A stretch of DNA of 64,000 nucleotides, from the NCBI GenBank assembly GCA_964188305.1, contig OZ076889.1, one strand, 5' to 3'. Position 1 is the stretch's first letter, and every line of letters begins with the position of its first letter. The notes beneath the pieces are model-generated. The model saw only the letters and a list, made by a program, of their open reading frames with translations. It did no database searches and had not been told where the DNA came from. Below are positions 13,111 to 26,492 of the stretch, one piece after another. Source of the DNA: Podarcis bocagei (taxonomy: Eukaryota). A program made the translations under genes and the position numbers.

Positions 13111-15147
13111 GTGCTTGCAGCCCTGCAACTGTCTAATAATGTCTTTGGTCACTTGGTTGTTTGCCTTTAAAAAATATTTATACGTTAGCAGGGTGCTGCA
13201 TTTTCTAATGCAGAGTGTAGTAACATCTCTGAGCAGGGAAAGAAACTAGCTGTAGAACATAGAAAACCAAACTGCTGCCGGCTTCTCAACAAAATCCAGT
13301 TGTGCTGCGAAAGGCCATGGAGGTCTTTCTGAGGCGATTCAAATGGTACAGAAATCATTGTCCCTGCTAGTTCAGAGCTCTCAGTATCTTTTGAGGTTGT
13401 GACTGGTTGAATTTGTACCAGAAGAAGAAGCCGAATAGGGTTGGTATAATTTCTAGTGCTAATAAATCACATTTCATCACAATCATTTATTTGTATGTCG
13501 CCTTTCTACAGTTAAACTCAAGGTGGCTTACAGCATCAAAAGATTTACATAATTACAAAAATATAACAAAACTTAAGTTCTAAGCAATAAATGAAAACAT
13601 CCTAATACATATATAATAAAATAAACAATCTCTACATAATTCATAATAAGGTCTAACAGTAAAGAGACAAAAGCATTATTCTGTACCAGTAACAGCATTT
13701 CCAAAATGAAATCTTAACTCCAGCAAAAACTCTCCATCCTGATAGCCTCTAGGCATCTTGAGCAGCAGCCCTGCAGGATTCACAGCTAAGATGGTCTCTG
13801 ACCATTTTAGTAGCAACAGCTGTTTCTGTGGCTGGAGTCAGTCAGCGACCCACCCTCCCAGGCCTGGTAGAAACAGGCCAGCAAAGCAGGGAGCAGGTCT
13901 TGCAGGACTCACAGCAAAGATGCTCTTCTGCTTGGGAGACCTTCAAAAATACCCGTATATTTCTTAGGTTTTCAGTATCCCTCCTGTTCATCAACACATA
14001 CACACACACACACGTGACAAACCATTCAAGGAAGTTGCTTGTCTTTTCTGAATCATCTCAAGCTTACAAGGAGCCATGTATATCCAGTTTCTCCCCTGAA
14101 AGTTTGTTTACATGGCTTGAGTGCTACCTTGAGTGGTAGAAGTGCTTTAGTTCTGCTCGTGAAAGGTTACTATGACTTAATCCTTACTTGCACTTTTGAT
14201 AGAAGTCTATTTTAAAACCACATTGTTTCTGCCTCTGCTTAGTGCCTTCTGAGGTTGTTCCAACCAGAGAAATCAATGGCATGGTTCCTAGCAGGGCGAT
14301 TGGGGACAAAGAGTTAGAATATTGATACTGAGTAAAATATACTGTTGTAAGACTCTCTCACTTTTAAGGCCGTTTCATGCAAAATGAATTTCCTTCATGG
14401 ATATAATTCCCATGTAAGAAAACTGGGTGTGGGCCCAAGGACCCCATTATAGAAATACATTGTGTACTCTCAACAGTTCTGTAAGGAAGTGATATTTATG
14501 TAAGCAAATAGGCTGGGGAGCCTGTGTATAGGTAACGTTAGAAAAGTGCAAATATGTTATTGCTGCCATTTCAAGCAGTGGTAAGCAGCAGTCATAGTCA
14601 GTCAGTCTGTATGTCTGTCTCTCTGTCTCATGGTAGTAGGAGGTGGGGCATCTTGCTTCTTGGCCGATGGTGCAGAAAGAGGCTGCCTTAGTAATTTCCC
14701 CTTGCTGCTAGAAGTGCTCCTTCTCTCCCTTTAATTGCCTCCTTCAGCCATGTTCATAGGATAAGAAGCTGAAGTTAATTTCTTCAAGCTAACTTCCCTC
14801 AGCACCTCCCCACAGTCACCCCTTTCCAAGCTTATAAGGGTCTAATCCTAAGCCAGGGCCAGCTGCTGCAGCCCATTACATAGGTCCAAAGTTCTGCTGA
14901 ACTTAGCCAATGGTGTGTGGCCTACAAGTGCATTCCTGAAACAAACAAGGAGCGGCATTCAGAAAAGCCAGTGGGTAGAAGAGACACAAATTGGCTACTG
15001 AGCTAGTAATTGAGGCTACATATATTTGTGGGATGTTGTTTTTCTAAAACACTTTCTATTTCCAAGCTATAAGAGTGGTGGGATGGTACTAATGAATGGA
15101 TTTGAGGGTACCTGAAACTCAATACTCTATCTTGTGTTCCATTGCAG

Positions 15148-15277
15148 GCAAAAAGAAGGCAACACTTTTTGACAGCCAGGCTCCCATCTGCCCCATTTGT
15201 CAGGTCTTGCTTCGCCCGGGTGAGCTGCAGGAACACATGGAGCAGGAAATGGAGAAGTTAACACAGCTCAACATCAG
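15148..15277 (+). CDS. RNF220: RNF220 coding exon (probably exon 3), 130 nt, phase 1 to 2
   Basis: Acceptor ttccattgcAG (15146-47), donor ag|GTAAGG (15278). Encodes GKKKATLFDSQAPICPICQVLLRPGELQEHMEQEMEKLTQLNI(S), recognised as the RNF220 LFDSQAPICPICQVLLRP segment with a CxxC..H motif. Confidence 0.95.
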
Positions 15278-16469
15278 GTAAGGACAGCCAGGGTCTTCAC
15301 CAACCCACGTACTACCACAAGCATCAGTGTGCATAACCCCAAGACACAGCTAACGTGGGTCCCATCCCTCTATAGTCAGTGTGGCATGTACCAGCTGAGC
15401 AATCTATAAATTTGTTCTTGTATACCTTGGTGAGGAGTGTTTAACTCTTACTGCAGATTTTTAGAACATTAAACTATCTGTGTACCCTTCTTTTGAACAT
15501 GTGTTTTCAGTCCCAATAATCAATCAATCTGAGATGCTTCTCCCACCACCAAAAAGGAGGAGGGAGGAAACTTTAGGTGTTGCAAAATATTCCCCACCAA
15601 GGCTCTCAGGCAATGTTATTTTCCTGATTGATCATACCACACAAGATTTATTGTGAGTGCAACACATTTTGGGGGATTCTTTCTCAAGGGCACTTTTTTA
15701 AAAAAACAACTTTGACACACCAGGGGCAGAATTAGGTAATCTTTGGTAATATGGTGCCCTGAGCGACCCCAAAATTTGGTGCCCCCAAATGGATCTTCTC
15801 AATTTTGTCCCCCCTCAGCTCGCTGCCCTTTTTGGGGGAACTGCCGGCACCACCCTAAATCCGTTGTGGGGGACACTGGGAATACTTCACTAGCTCTCAG
15901 GCTGCTTCTCTCTGTAGCCAGCCCTGCCTGCATTGATGTGTCTCTGGTGCTGCTTCACTGGTTTCAGAGAAAACTCTCAGCATGCATTTTTATCTCTTAA
16001 CCTGTAAATTCCATACTGGCCTACCTAGCCTGCCAATGAAAATGAAATTGAAAGGTTTGAAATCTCTGATCCCCTCCCCCCAGCTTTCATCGATTGCAAA
16101 ACAAATGTGTGATCTTACCAATATGGAAAACAACACTGCCAAAGAGTTTTGGTGGGGAATTACTGCCTCTCCAGGTTCCCCCTTTCGTGACTCCTATGAA
16201 CAGCAGCCTCTTTTTCTCAGGCATCCTTGCCTCCCCAGTGCAGCAGAGAAGAGGTTAAGCATGTGGACACAAAGGTGGGGTCCACCAGCCCACCTCCCAG
16301 AGGCTGCCACCTGCCCTGAGGCTGCCTCTCCCTTGCCTGCTGCTGCTGCTTTCACCAGCGCAGCAAAAGTCCTCTGTGTTTTTTAAAAAATAATAATTGC
16401 ATTTTAACTGCTAGCAGTTATTTAGGAAATCGCTGCAGCCAAGGGTTGGCAGATCCCTGGCCTTCCCTT

Positions 16470-17460
16470 AATAAAACTGCAGCCTGGGAGAGAGCGTGTT
16501 TATTTCAATTATTAATGAATTCCCCGGTCATTAAAAGGTGAAGAAAGAGATCAGGCTGCCGATGGCAGCAAGGTGATGTCATCAGGTGGCTGGGAACAGT
16601 AGGAAGCAGGGAACAACCAGGTTTTGGACCGCCCAGCACCTCAACAGACCACCCCTCAAGGTTCGAAAAGAGGGCCCAGCTTAGCCTGGAGTCTTTTCTC
16701 AGTGTAACAAGGGGGATTATTGGACACAGGTGCAAGGAACCAGTTTCCACAGGGTATAAAAAGAGGGGCCTACTGAATCCAGGCTGGACCAAGACCTCCC
16801 AGATCCATACCGATGTAGGATCCAGTACCGAGCCAGAATCTGCCACTTCTCAGACGGGAGGGAAGAGGAGGGGGGGGGGGAGGTAACAGCCAAGTCATTT
16901 ATCCCATGTGACACCCGGTTCCCTTGTGCGCATAATTTATGGTGTAATTTGGGCTGCATCCAACTTAATAAAGGGCCACAGCAAATTAACGAACAGGTTT
17001 AAATGAACAGAAGCAATTAGCGCTCAGAGGAGCCTGTGGAAAGAGCGAGGCTAGTCTTGGAGTGGAGCTGGCCGAGAGCAGCCTGTGGCTGGCGTGAGGC
17101 AGGGAGGTGGGGGGGAGGTGGCGTTTAATGGGAAAGGAAAGGAAACACTAAATCATAAAGGCTGACAAGGGCCATTGTGGGCCAGCTGACAAATGAAAAA
17201 GAATGGCATTATTCCTTTAAATAACCACGGCAGTTAAAGGGGGAGACAGCTTACTCCTAGCCCTTGCCCGCTAAGGCTGCATGCATGGGGAAGAGCAATA
17301 GCAGGGTCTTTATTAATTATTAACTAATGACTCCTACCATGCTGCAATAGATAACGCTCAGTCTCCTCTGCAGATCAGGCCCCAGGGGCTAATCACCAGC
17401 CCGCTGCCGCATCCTGCCCCAGCCTGGCAGTGGGAACAAGCCACCTTAAATGTCAGGCTA
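16470..17460. promoter_or_regulatory. Candidate enhancer cluster
   Basis: Dense TAAT/ATTA, TTTATGG, TCATAAA and TGACA motifs in several blocks. Confidence 0.5.
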
Positions 17461-17563
17461 CTTTTGTGTCTCATGGGAACTGGGGTTCAGGGCTTCCTTG
17501 CATAGAACATGGTATATAAACATGGCCTCTTACATGAACTTGCCCCTCTTCAACACAAATCTC

Positions 17564-17567
<4 letters not shown>

Positions 17568-17597
<30 letters not shown>
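17568..17597. repeat. (GT)n microsatellite
   Basis: Visible; a similar tract lies at ~28778-28806. Confidence 0.95.
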
Positions 17598-17598
<1 letters not shown>

Positions 17599-18494
17599 TG
17601 CTTTGTGTATTCAAGATGGTGGCACCATCCTTCCAGCTTGTGACCCTGGACACAGAAAGGACTTGGGAGACAGAAGCCATCCATAATGAGAAAGGGAAGC
17701 TAATAACCAATCTCAAATAAGCCAATAAACTTGAAAATAAAATGTAGGCTTATAAATGTGATGGGCTAGAGTACAGGAGCCCAACATACCTCTCTGCCAA
17801 ACTCCAGTCATTACCAAAATGGCCCAGCAGCTGTTACTAATCACTGTGGTATGGGAAAATCATCCTGGGAAGTGGGAGAACCTCGCTTGCCAAAGGGAAG
17901 GATCTTCTTCTTTTTTTAAAGGGAAGATGTGCCCAACCACAGATTGTTGTTTCAGCTATTAAATAAACATTAGGGTAAAGGAAACCTCCTGTGGTGTGGG
18001 ATGAAAAAAGCAGCCTTCCCTGGTCATGGCCACACAAAGAATGCCCTGGCCCATATTGTCTTCTCAGCAGGGCATCGGTGTGAACACTGCACAGTAAAGC
18101 GATTTGGACATTACTCAGAAGCATTTAACTCCAGTGTTTATGAAAAGCACCAGTGGCTTCATGGTTTGTGGCCTCTAAAGGCTTGTTTACACAGCCAAAA
18201 AGGTTTAGAGGTAATGATTCCAGGGTTATCATCTTGAGGTAACAACCTTTATCTGCATTAACAAGGCACTGGGGGATGTTACAGCTACATCTCCTTACTG
18301 GTGTTACTCAATAGATGGCATTTTTTCACCAGAGATTATGACTTCAATTTAAATGATATTTGTTTGTTTTCCCATTTATGACTTGCCTTTCTTCCATCAT
18401 GGAGCCCCCATCCTTTCACTAACCAGACTCAGATCTGCTTAGCTGCAGTAACATTACTGTACCATATGCCTTCAGACCAGGAATTGGATGGGGG

Positions 18495-18587
18495 AATTGG
18501 ATAGCGTGTTGAGTTTCCTGTATTGCAGGGGGTTGGACTAGATGACCCTGAGGGTCCCTTCCTACTCTACAATTCTATGATTCTATG
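18495..18587 (+). mobile_element. Short CR1 3' end
   Basis: gcagggggttggactagatgacc...attctatgattctatg octamer tail. Confidence 0.85.
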
Positions 18588-20969
18588 TCTTGGACTTGAG
18601 ATGTATAATCGTAGTATCTTAGAACAAAAGAGAGGAGTGTTGTTTCTATTTTTAATTGAGATTGCTGAGTCTATGTCACCTCACTTCAGTTTCTGATTCA
18701 ACCCTTGCTTGGGTGAACAAATCAGTTTTCATCCCCAAACAACAGACTTATCTGTTACAGCAGGATTTGTCCCCTCTACCAGAGAAAAATAAATTCAACT
18801 TTGGCTTATTTGGGACTTTGTCATGAACTTTGAATGACAAACCTTCCTCTTCACACATGCCTTACTACTTTTTGTTAGCTTTGCTTTAATTATCTCCAGA
18901 ATCAGCACTGCCTCATTTTGTAGATCCAGTGTAGGAACACTTTAGCAAGGCATTTTTTAAACCCTCAACAGGTGTGAAGCAAGTTGCAGCTGTCTCACTG
19001 GCCATGTAGTCCAGTTGCGTATTAGAATCTGAGCCAATTGGCCACTACAACAGCTTTGCCCTTGCTCTGCCTATGTACACCCTATGCCATTAAAGCACAT
19101 CTGAAACACATTCTTTCCCCTCAAAGAGTTAGAATCCCAGTGAACCTTAACAAACAACAGTGTTCAGAATTCTCTGAAGAATGTGCTTCGAATTTGTCTA
19201 AAGGTATAGTGTTTGTACACGGCTGTTTATCCAGTGAATGTGCAGTCTGTTGCATTTGTGCCTGATTGGACGTCCTGCATATTTTTGAATGGGAGGTGAA
19301 CTGGAGCACGGTTCCTCTGAGCAAGGCTATCCTCTGTGGTCTGAACAATGAGTGAAGCGCATGTGACATTGGTAGCCTGCTTTAGTATTGCCCAATAGAG
19401 GGGAAGTGGCTGAATAAGTCCTAAAAAGAAACTAGATAGGCAACTATCCAGAGCTGAAGGATAGTCTGAAGGAATCTTGCTGGGGCAGGGGATTGGACTA
19501 TATTGCCTCCAATGATATTTCTAATATTCTTTAATTTAAAAGCAGTGCCTAGCACCTACCTTGCCACAAAATGTTGCATCTATTTCCAAAACTGCCCTGT
19601 AAAAGTAAGATAGAAACTTGTTTGTTTTTCAGAAGGACATGCCAGCGTGGACGGAGTTAATCCCCTCCAAGCCGAAGCTTGTAGTTTTGTTTTCTTTCAA
19701 TTTATATCCTTCGCTTAAAAAGGGAGGGAGGAGGGGGAAGAAACGCCCGGCAGGTGACATATTCTAAGAGGGAGCAGCGAAATCGTGTTAACCACTTCAA
19801 AATCTCATATATTCAATCGGCCTCTGGCAAGACATCTGCCTAATGTTAGCGCTTAAATATCCTTTTCCATTTTACATGCATTCAAGTCTCATTTGAGTGA
19901 AATGAAACGGTATTATTAAAGGGAGATTTTGCACAAATGGCCTGAATTTGACATGTCAAGTTCAATGAGGCTGTTACATATGTAATGCTGAGAAGGGGCT
20001 CCGAGGCTCCTGGCACTTGAAACAGCGCCAGTGGCTCAGAAATGAAATTTGCATGCAGCCCTTTCTCTCCCCACCCTTCCACTGCCTCCCACGGAATGCC
20101 AAGTAGCTGCTCATGCAGTACACAGCCCTGGGTTAGGATCCGGGGACAAGGCACAGTGCCCTATGGTGAAGCACTGAAGGGATTGAGATGCTGGCCCCCC
20201 AAGCTCTATAGTTGACTTTAGAAAAAACATTAAAAGAATCGCTGTGTTGAAAGGTGCCCCAGCTGCCCTCTAATCTGCCTCCACCCAGCCACCCAGTCAT
20301 GGCAGAATCCTCTGGGTCCTTTATGCAACTCTTGCAAATGGCCTTTCAGTCTTCTAATGTAAAGATGATGAGATTCTACAGTGACCTTGCTTATTTCCAA
20401 TACATTTGCACATTTAAGCAGTATCCAGGCATGTCTAACGTCAGTACCCAGCTTTATCAGCACCTAGCGTTGGCAGGTTCTCATGAATTGCTAAGGGCCC
20501 ACTCAGCCAAGTTTCCAGTCCTGATGCAAATCCCAGTCTACCTTCCTTCCAGCTTTCCAGGTGATCAAGAGACTAGTGAGAGGCTGCACTCAAGGATAAT
20601 GGAATTGTTTGAGCACTCTCATTGGAGAGAGGCAACTTTCATGGTACTTTTCTCCTTAGAGACGGGGAGGCACAAAAACATGAAGCCCAAGCCCTGCTAA
20701 CTCCCTACCCGCCCATCTGTTCTATTGCTGCTGAATTAAAAGTGAATGGGAAGGTATCCTAACAAAGCTAGCTAGCACTGTGGTTTTCTAACACTCATTG
20801 ATTCAGGCTGTGCCACCTGCACTGATCCTACAGGTTCATTTGTAATTGTGGATTAGCGCAACCTGAACAGTTTATGAGTGCATTTGCACTGATTCAGCAT
20901 ATCTAGCTCTCAGAAAATCTTTTGTGTTAATAAGTGGCCCTACTATTTAACCAAAATATGTGGGTTGTA

Positions 20970-21174
20970 CAGTGGTACCTCGGGTTACATACACTTCAGG
21001 TTACAGACTCCACTAACCCAGAAATAGTACCTTGGCTTAAGAACTTTGCTTCAGGATGAGAACAGAAATCGTGATCTGGTGGGGCGGCAGCAGCGGGAGG
21101 CCCCATTAAAGTGGTGCTTCAGATTAAGAACGGACCTCCAGAACGAATTAAGTACTTAACCCGAGGTACCACTG
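20970..21174. mobile_element. Tc1/mariner-pogo-type MITE
   Basis: TIRs CAGTGGTACCTCGGGTTA / TAACCCGAGGTACCACTG flanked by TA on both sides. Confidence 0.92.
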
Positions 21175-21528
21175 TATTTAGTGTAGAATTAAGCAGATAG
21201 TTCTGTCAGCGCAAGGATTTCTCCTTGTTCAGTGAAACAATTCCCCCCGTTCCTCCCCCAGCATACTCCCTAAATCTGTTCTGGGATTTCCCCTGACACT
21301 CTGGAGCAGATTTTGGGATGGCATGGGGCACACAGAGAGAGGGAGAGAGGGATTTTTTTTTTGTTTTACTAGTGCAATTACTTCACTGAATATCACATTG
21401 TTCCTCTACATCACAACACATGCAGGAAGTTTCTTATTTAGATAAATGGGTCATGATGTAGGACAAAAGCTGAGAGCTTTGAGATTCTGTAGGACAACTA
21501 GAGCCATAGTATGGCTGCATCCTTACAT

Positions 21529-21662
21529 CAGAGATGGGAAACCTATGGCCTTCTAGGTGTTGCTGGACTCCAACTCTCATCAGTCCCAGCCTGCATGGCC
21601 AGTGGCCAGGAATAATGGGAACGGTAGCCCAACAATGTATGAAGAGCCACAGGTTCCTCACA
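21529..21662. mobile_element. Palindromic squamate MITE (copy 2)
   Basis: cagagatgggaaacctatggcc...gccacaggttcctca; same family as the copy at 3716. Confidence 0.72.
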
Positions 21663-21930
21663 TATGTCAGGAACCTTGGTGGTCTGAGATTAGTCTGCTC
21701 ATTTATTTTTGCTGAGCTATATGTATGGAATGCATACCCAGTGCTTAAAATCCCCCTTCCTCCTGTATCAGTATTTTGGTATAACATTGCCAGCATCCTC
21801 CTATTCCATTAGCACTATTATGCAGACATAACAGGAGATAGTAGAGAGAATGAGATAAAAAAACAGGGCTCTTCCAGATAACCAGTTTACTGAGCATTCA
21901 TCCTAATTTGTTTATGCACACACACAGACA

Positions 21931-22077
21931 CAGTGCTTTTTTTCTGGGGGGAAGCAGGGGTACACACACCCCTAAACATTTTGTGAATCTAAGTTTGGCC
22001 TCATTGAGGGGCAGTATTTCAATATAAGTAGGAAAATGAAAGTACCCCTAAACATTTTTTTAAGGAAAAAAGCACTG
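21931..22077 (+). mobile_element. hAT-like MITE inserted in a CA microsatellite
   Basis: TIRs CAGTGCTTTTTT / AAAAAAGCACTG. Near-identical inverted copy at 57019-57162. Confidence 0.85.
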
Positions 22078-22189
22078 CGCGCGCACACACACACACACAC
22101 GTTATACAACATCACTATTGAGCATTCAATTTGAGTGAAGGTTATATAGCATCACCTGACATTGCCATTATCTGACACTCTCGAGTGTA

Positions 22190-22362
22190 TTTTCCCATCA
22201 CTTTTCTTACCACAAAAAATTATGTGGCTGTTTTTGGAAGTGAATTTATTGTGCAAGAACTTAAGAGCACCAAATCCACTTTAATTGTGCAATCTAAATT
22301 TACTGGTATATGATAGAATCATACCTGCAAAATAGTGACACAAAATAGTGTGGAAGTGGCCA
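22190..22362. mobile_element. Old dispersed repeat; second copy at ~53800-53958
   Basis: Shared blocks ttgtgcaaga, actttaattgtgcaa, ctggtat, gcaaaata in the same order in both copies. Confidence 0.55.
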
Positions 22363-22639
22363 CACTGAGTATAATCACTGAGCTCAGTCTTGAATTCAGG
22401 TAAGACACTCCAGTTTGAAATATGGTGTTTTCTGCCCTCCTGTAATCATGAGTTGGGTTGATCCACTAGGAACTCACCTACAGGGAGCGTATGAGCAGGT
22501 ACCACAATGTTCCCTGGGTAATCCAGCAGTTGACTGTGCCAGCCCTCTTCAGAATCCTCCTGAGAAGCTAATCCCGAAGAGGTGTGCAAGATGTAATCCT
22601 TTCCCCCCAATAAGAATAAATGGAGTGCATAAAACATAA

Positions 22640-23580
22640 ATAAGTCCCATTGTCACATGCCATGCATCAGGGTCACTGCTCTCACCTCTTGGCTCTCCTA
22701 GATTTACGCCCAGTGACATAAACCGGCCAGGCAACGCACTGGTACCTCCAAAGCAACCAACACTCAGGTCTTACAGAGCTTCGAGCGAGGGAGATTAGAG
22801 ACATTTATGAGTGAGGGCCTTTTTTCTTTCACAAAGCTCCATTGAAATACCTAGTAAATCTCTCACCTTAAAAGCAACCTGACAACCAAGCAGAGATCTA
22901 AAGAGACAGTGACTAGCCAGCATTACTCTCAGTGAGAATTAGACCCCGGTGGCCCCCCATCTCCCTCCATTCGCTAACTTTTTTCTCATTAGTTTCCCTT
23001 TGATTCCCCCCACCCATCAGCTTTTTAACATTTCATCCTTTCTTTCTTTCTTCCCTCTTCTCCTCCCCCTCCTTCCCATGGTATCATGGCGACATCTCCA
23101 AGCCAAGTACTTTTAATTTCGCCTGTGGCCCTTGCTGACACCGTGGATATGCACAGCAAGTTAAATTCCCGCCTGATCAATAAAGCAGAAGCCGTGTGTC
23201 CGACCGGTCGATACTTTTTTATCTGTCTTCAGCCCAGTCCTGCTGATGACAGGCCTCTTGCGCATTGCCAAAGACACTCAAGGGCAACCGGGCTTTCAAA
23301 AACACGAGCACTTTAAATATATATATATCATTATTATTATTATTATGTTATTATTATGTTTATAATCCCCTCCAAAAAACCCCCTCTAATATATCCCTAT
23401 AGGAAGACGGAAAGCAGTTCACAGTGTTTGGCCTTTGCTTGAAGCATTTTTATGATTTATCTTAATTTTTAATTGAAAAAAAAACTTGTGAATTAATTGA
23501 TTTCTGGGGCTTGCCAATTAACATTGTAATTGGGTGCATGATAAATTCTGAGGCAGTGTAATTTTTTATTCTTGTCACCA
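22640..23580. promoter_or_regulatory. Candidate long conserved non-coding element
   Basis: About 0.9 kb with no recognisable TE, retained CpGs, and TTTATGA, TGATTTAT, TAATTG, TGACAG motifs. Confidence 0.5.
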
Positions 23581-25204
23581 AGAGGGGCTTGGTGAGGGCA
23601 GCTTTTTTCTGCATGTCTCCTTGCCTAGAATGTACTCTACCTCCAAGGTACCGCCTTGCTTACTGCTAGCAGCTTCTTCAGAAAGAGAGATAAGTAACCT
23701 ATTCAGCTTTGCAAAATGGGATCTCTCAAAGGCATAAATTCATGCCTGGTAGATCTGAAGGAGAGGGCAGTTCCCTCACAAGGTTCTTTTCCTTCTAGTT
23801 TTTCCTTCCCATTCCACAGCATATACCTAATCAATGCTTCCTCCATTCAGTTATGGCTTAGGAAAGTGAAAGTCTTGAGCTGTTGCTCCTGAAGTAGTGT
23901 TGCCCAGTTGCAACCCTGGGAATATGCATATACCTTTGGATCTCCCAGTGCAATAGCAAATGAGGCAGCCACAGCTTATTCCATCCATTCTTTCTCTTTC
24001 TTTGTGCACTTGGAGCCCTGCTTGCCACACAGCTGGTGGGTAGAAGAAGGGGGGCAGAAAGACTATGGCTACAATGTCTCCCACTTCTTGGAGGTGGTGG
24101 GGCTTCAAAATAAATGAATATTTTGCAGGACACAACCTGGCAATGCTATCTAAAAATGAGTTTGGCAATGGAGAGAAATAGAGGTGTTGTCAGGGCCTGG
24201 TCATTATGTTTTGGCAAGGGAATATGCATCACCCTGCTATGTAACATTTGAGTTGGCAGGTGGAGGAGATGCCCAACCTTAAAGTTTAGAGGATACTTCT
24301 GGACCATCACCCAATTGCTCAGGTTAAAGGCCCTTTTCCCAGTCTCATTCATTACCCATTACTCAAAGACCCTGTAGGCAGAACAGAAAGAAGAGGTGAA
24401 GAGGGTATACATAAAGAGGAATGGAGAGTCAGGCCTTTACAAGTTTCAACCAATAGAAGACTCATCAGCTTCTGCATAGTCCAGTGCTATTAGCTGAAAG
24501 GTAAAGGTTACCAGAACACCACTAGCGAGGAGATACGGCACCACAAACCTGTGTGTGGCACAACATCATTGGAGTCCAGCAGAGTCCACAAACTGTGCAT
24601 AGACCAATGCTATCACTAAACCTAATGTGGTTTAGTCTTTGCCTCATCCCTAGTTTATGTTCAGTGCCGATGAAGATGAAGATGATTAATTATTATTATT
24701 AATTTTGTTTAGGAATCATTTAATTTATTAATCATTCCCATATATAAAACAGTTATATACATAAAAATAGTTGACACAATTGCACACATAAAAACAATTT
24801 TATACAAAACAATAATAAATATAAAAAGGGGGTTAAAACAACTGTGTTCACATACATAAGATCAATTCAGGTCGCAACCTGGATAAAGATTTTGGAAGGT
24901 TTGTTGAAAGAGGAACATCTTTATCAGGCATTGAAAAGGCAAAGAGAAGGCTGGGCAACCCAGTCAAATGGGTGGAGTACAAATAATAAAAATATTATTA
25001 AAAATTATTATTACTTGTCTGGTATGCAGTGGGAGGGAGTTCCAAAGGATAGGTGTCACTACACTAAAGGCCTGATTCTGGCATTGTACAGAACAGACCT
25101 CCTGATAGGATTCCCTCTTCTTCATAAAACAGTAATTGGGTATGTAAGGAATGAGACAATATTTTAGGCATCTTGGTATTTGTACACCAATACTAGCACC
25201 TTGA

Positions 25205-25560
25205 GGGATGCGGGTGGCGCTGTGGGTTAAACCACAGATCCTAGGACTTGCTGATCAGAAGAGCAGCGGTTCGAATCCCTGTGACGGGGTGAGCTCCCGT
25301 TGCTCGCTCCCTGCTCCTGCCAACCTAGCAGTTCGAAAGCACGTCAAAGTGCAAGTAGATAAATAGGTACCGCTCCGACGGGAAGGTAAACGGCATTTCC
25401 GTGCGCTGCTCTGGTTTGCCAGAAGTGGCTTAGTCATGCTGGCCACATGACCCGGAAGCTGTACACAGGCTCCCTCGGACAATAAAGCGAGATGAGCGCC
25501 GCAACCCCAGAGTCGGTCACGACTGGACCTAATGGTCAGGGGTCCCTTTACTTTTTTACC
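25205..25560 (+). mobile_element. Full-length young Sauria SINE (Squam1-type)
   Basis: GGGATGCGGGTGGCGCTGTGGGTTAAACC head, GGTTCGAATCCC B box, ...GGGGTCCCTTTAC tail. Perfect 10-bp TSD AGCACCTTGA (25195-204 / 25561-70). Confidence 0.95.
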
Positions 25561-26140
25561 AGCACCTTGAACCTATCTCAGCAGCTAATTGGCAGCCAAT
25601 GTACATACAGGTGTACATGCAGTCAATAGGTTTTACATTGATTGCTTCAGCCTTTGAAGGCATCCTACTTTCAGTGGGGAAATTGACAGTTATGCTGTAG
25701 TTAGCTACTGTGCCTTTATTCAGGAATATGTCAGCCTCTCTCCAGACTTATGTTCATATCATCAACTTTCATGCTTCTCAATTTTCTTTGGTACAGGTAT
25801 TCTACCTTTAGAATGGTGTATGCCCAAAAGAGTGTAAGTGAATGTTTCTTTTTCAAAAGAAAAGGCCAAGTAATTTTTACTTCATGTTGAGTGTGGCCAT
25901 CTTTTCTACAAACTCTTCAGCTATGCCTCTGTCAACATCCTGTGGTTTTGACAGGATCCTGATACACAAAATTTGCAGAGGAAAAGCTTTTTCTGGCATA
26001 GATATAAGTTGTTGGAAGAGCTTCACCTCCTTAATTGCTGTGTCACAGGTTTCTATTATAAGCACAGGAGCAAGAGGAGTTTGTTTTTTAAGGGTGGCAA
26101 GTTGTTTTGTGTTGTGATTTCAAACTTCTGTTCTTGACAA

Positions 26141-26492
26141 GGGAGCAGGTGATGCTGTGGTCTAAACCTCTTGGGCTTGCTGATCAGAAGGTCGGCAGTT
26201 CAAGTCAGCGTGACAGGGTGAGCTCCTGATGCTCTATTGCAGCTCCTGCCAACCTATTTGTTTCGAAAGCATACCAGTGTGAGTACATAAATAGACGAGA
26301 AGGTAAACGGCGTTTCTGTGTGCTCTGGCATTTGTCACAGTGTCCCATTGCACCATGCTGGCCACATGACCCAGAAAGCTGTCTGCGGACAAACTCCGGC
26401 TCCCTTGGCCTGAAGCGAGATGAGCGCTGCACCTAATAGTCAAGTTTGACTGGACTTAACCATCCAGGGGTCCTTTACCTGTACCTTTACTT
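26141..26492 (+). mobile_element. Older Sauria SINE copy
   Basis: Colinear with the 25205 copy, more CpG decay, (ACCTTT)-like tail. Confidence 0.9.

Noticed and set aside
15096-15281. Stand-alone 61-aa protein starting at ATG 15096
   Set aside because: RNF220 similarity starts at the acceptor at 15148, and the stop lies in the donor GTAAG; this is an internal exon.
25205-25290. tRNA genes at SINE heads (also 29300, 41128, 46643)
   Set aside because: A and B boxes are present, but they continue into SINE bodies and tails and no full cloverleaf was evident.
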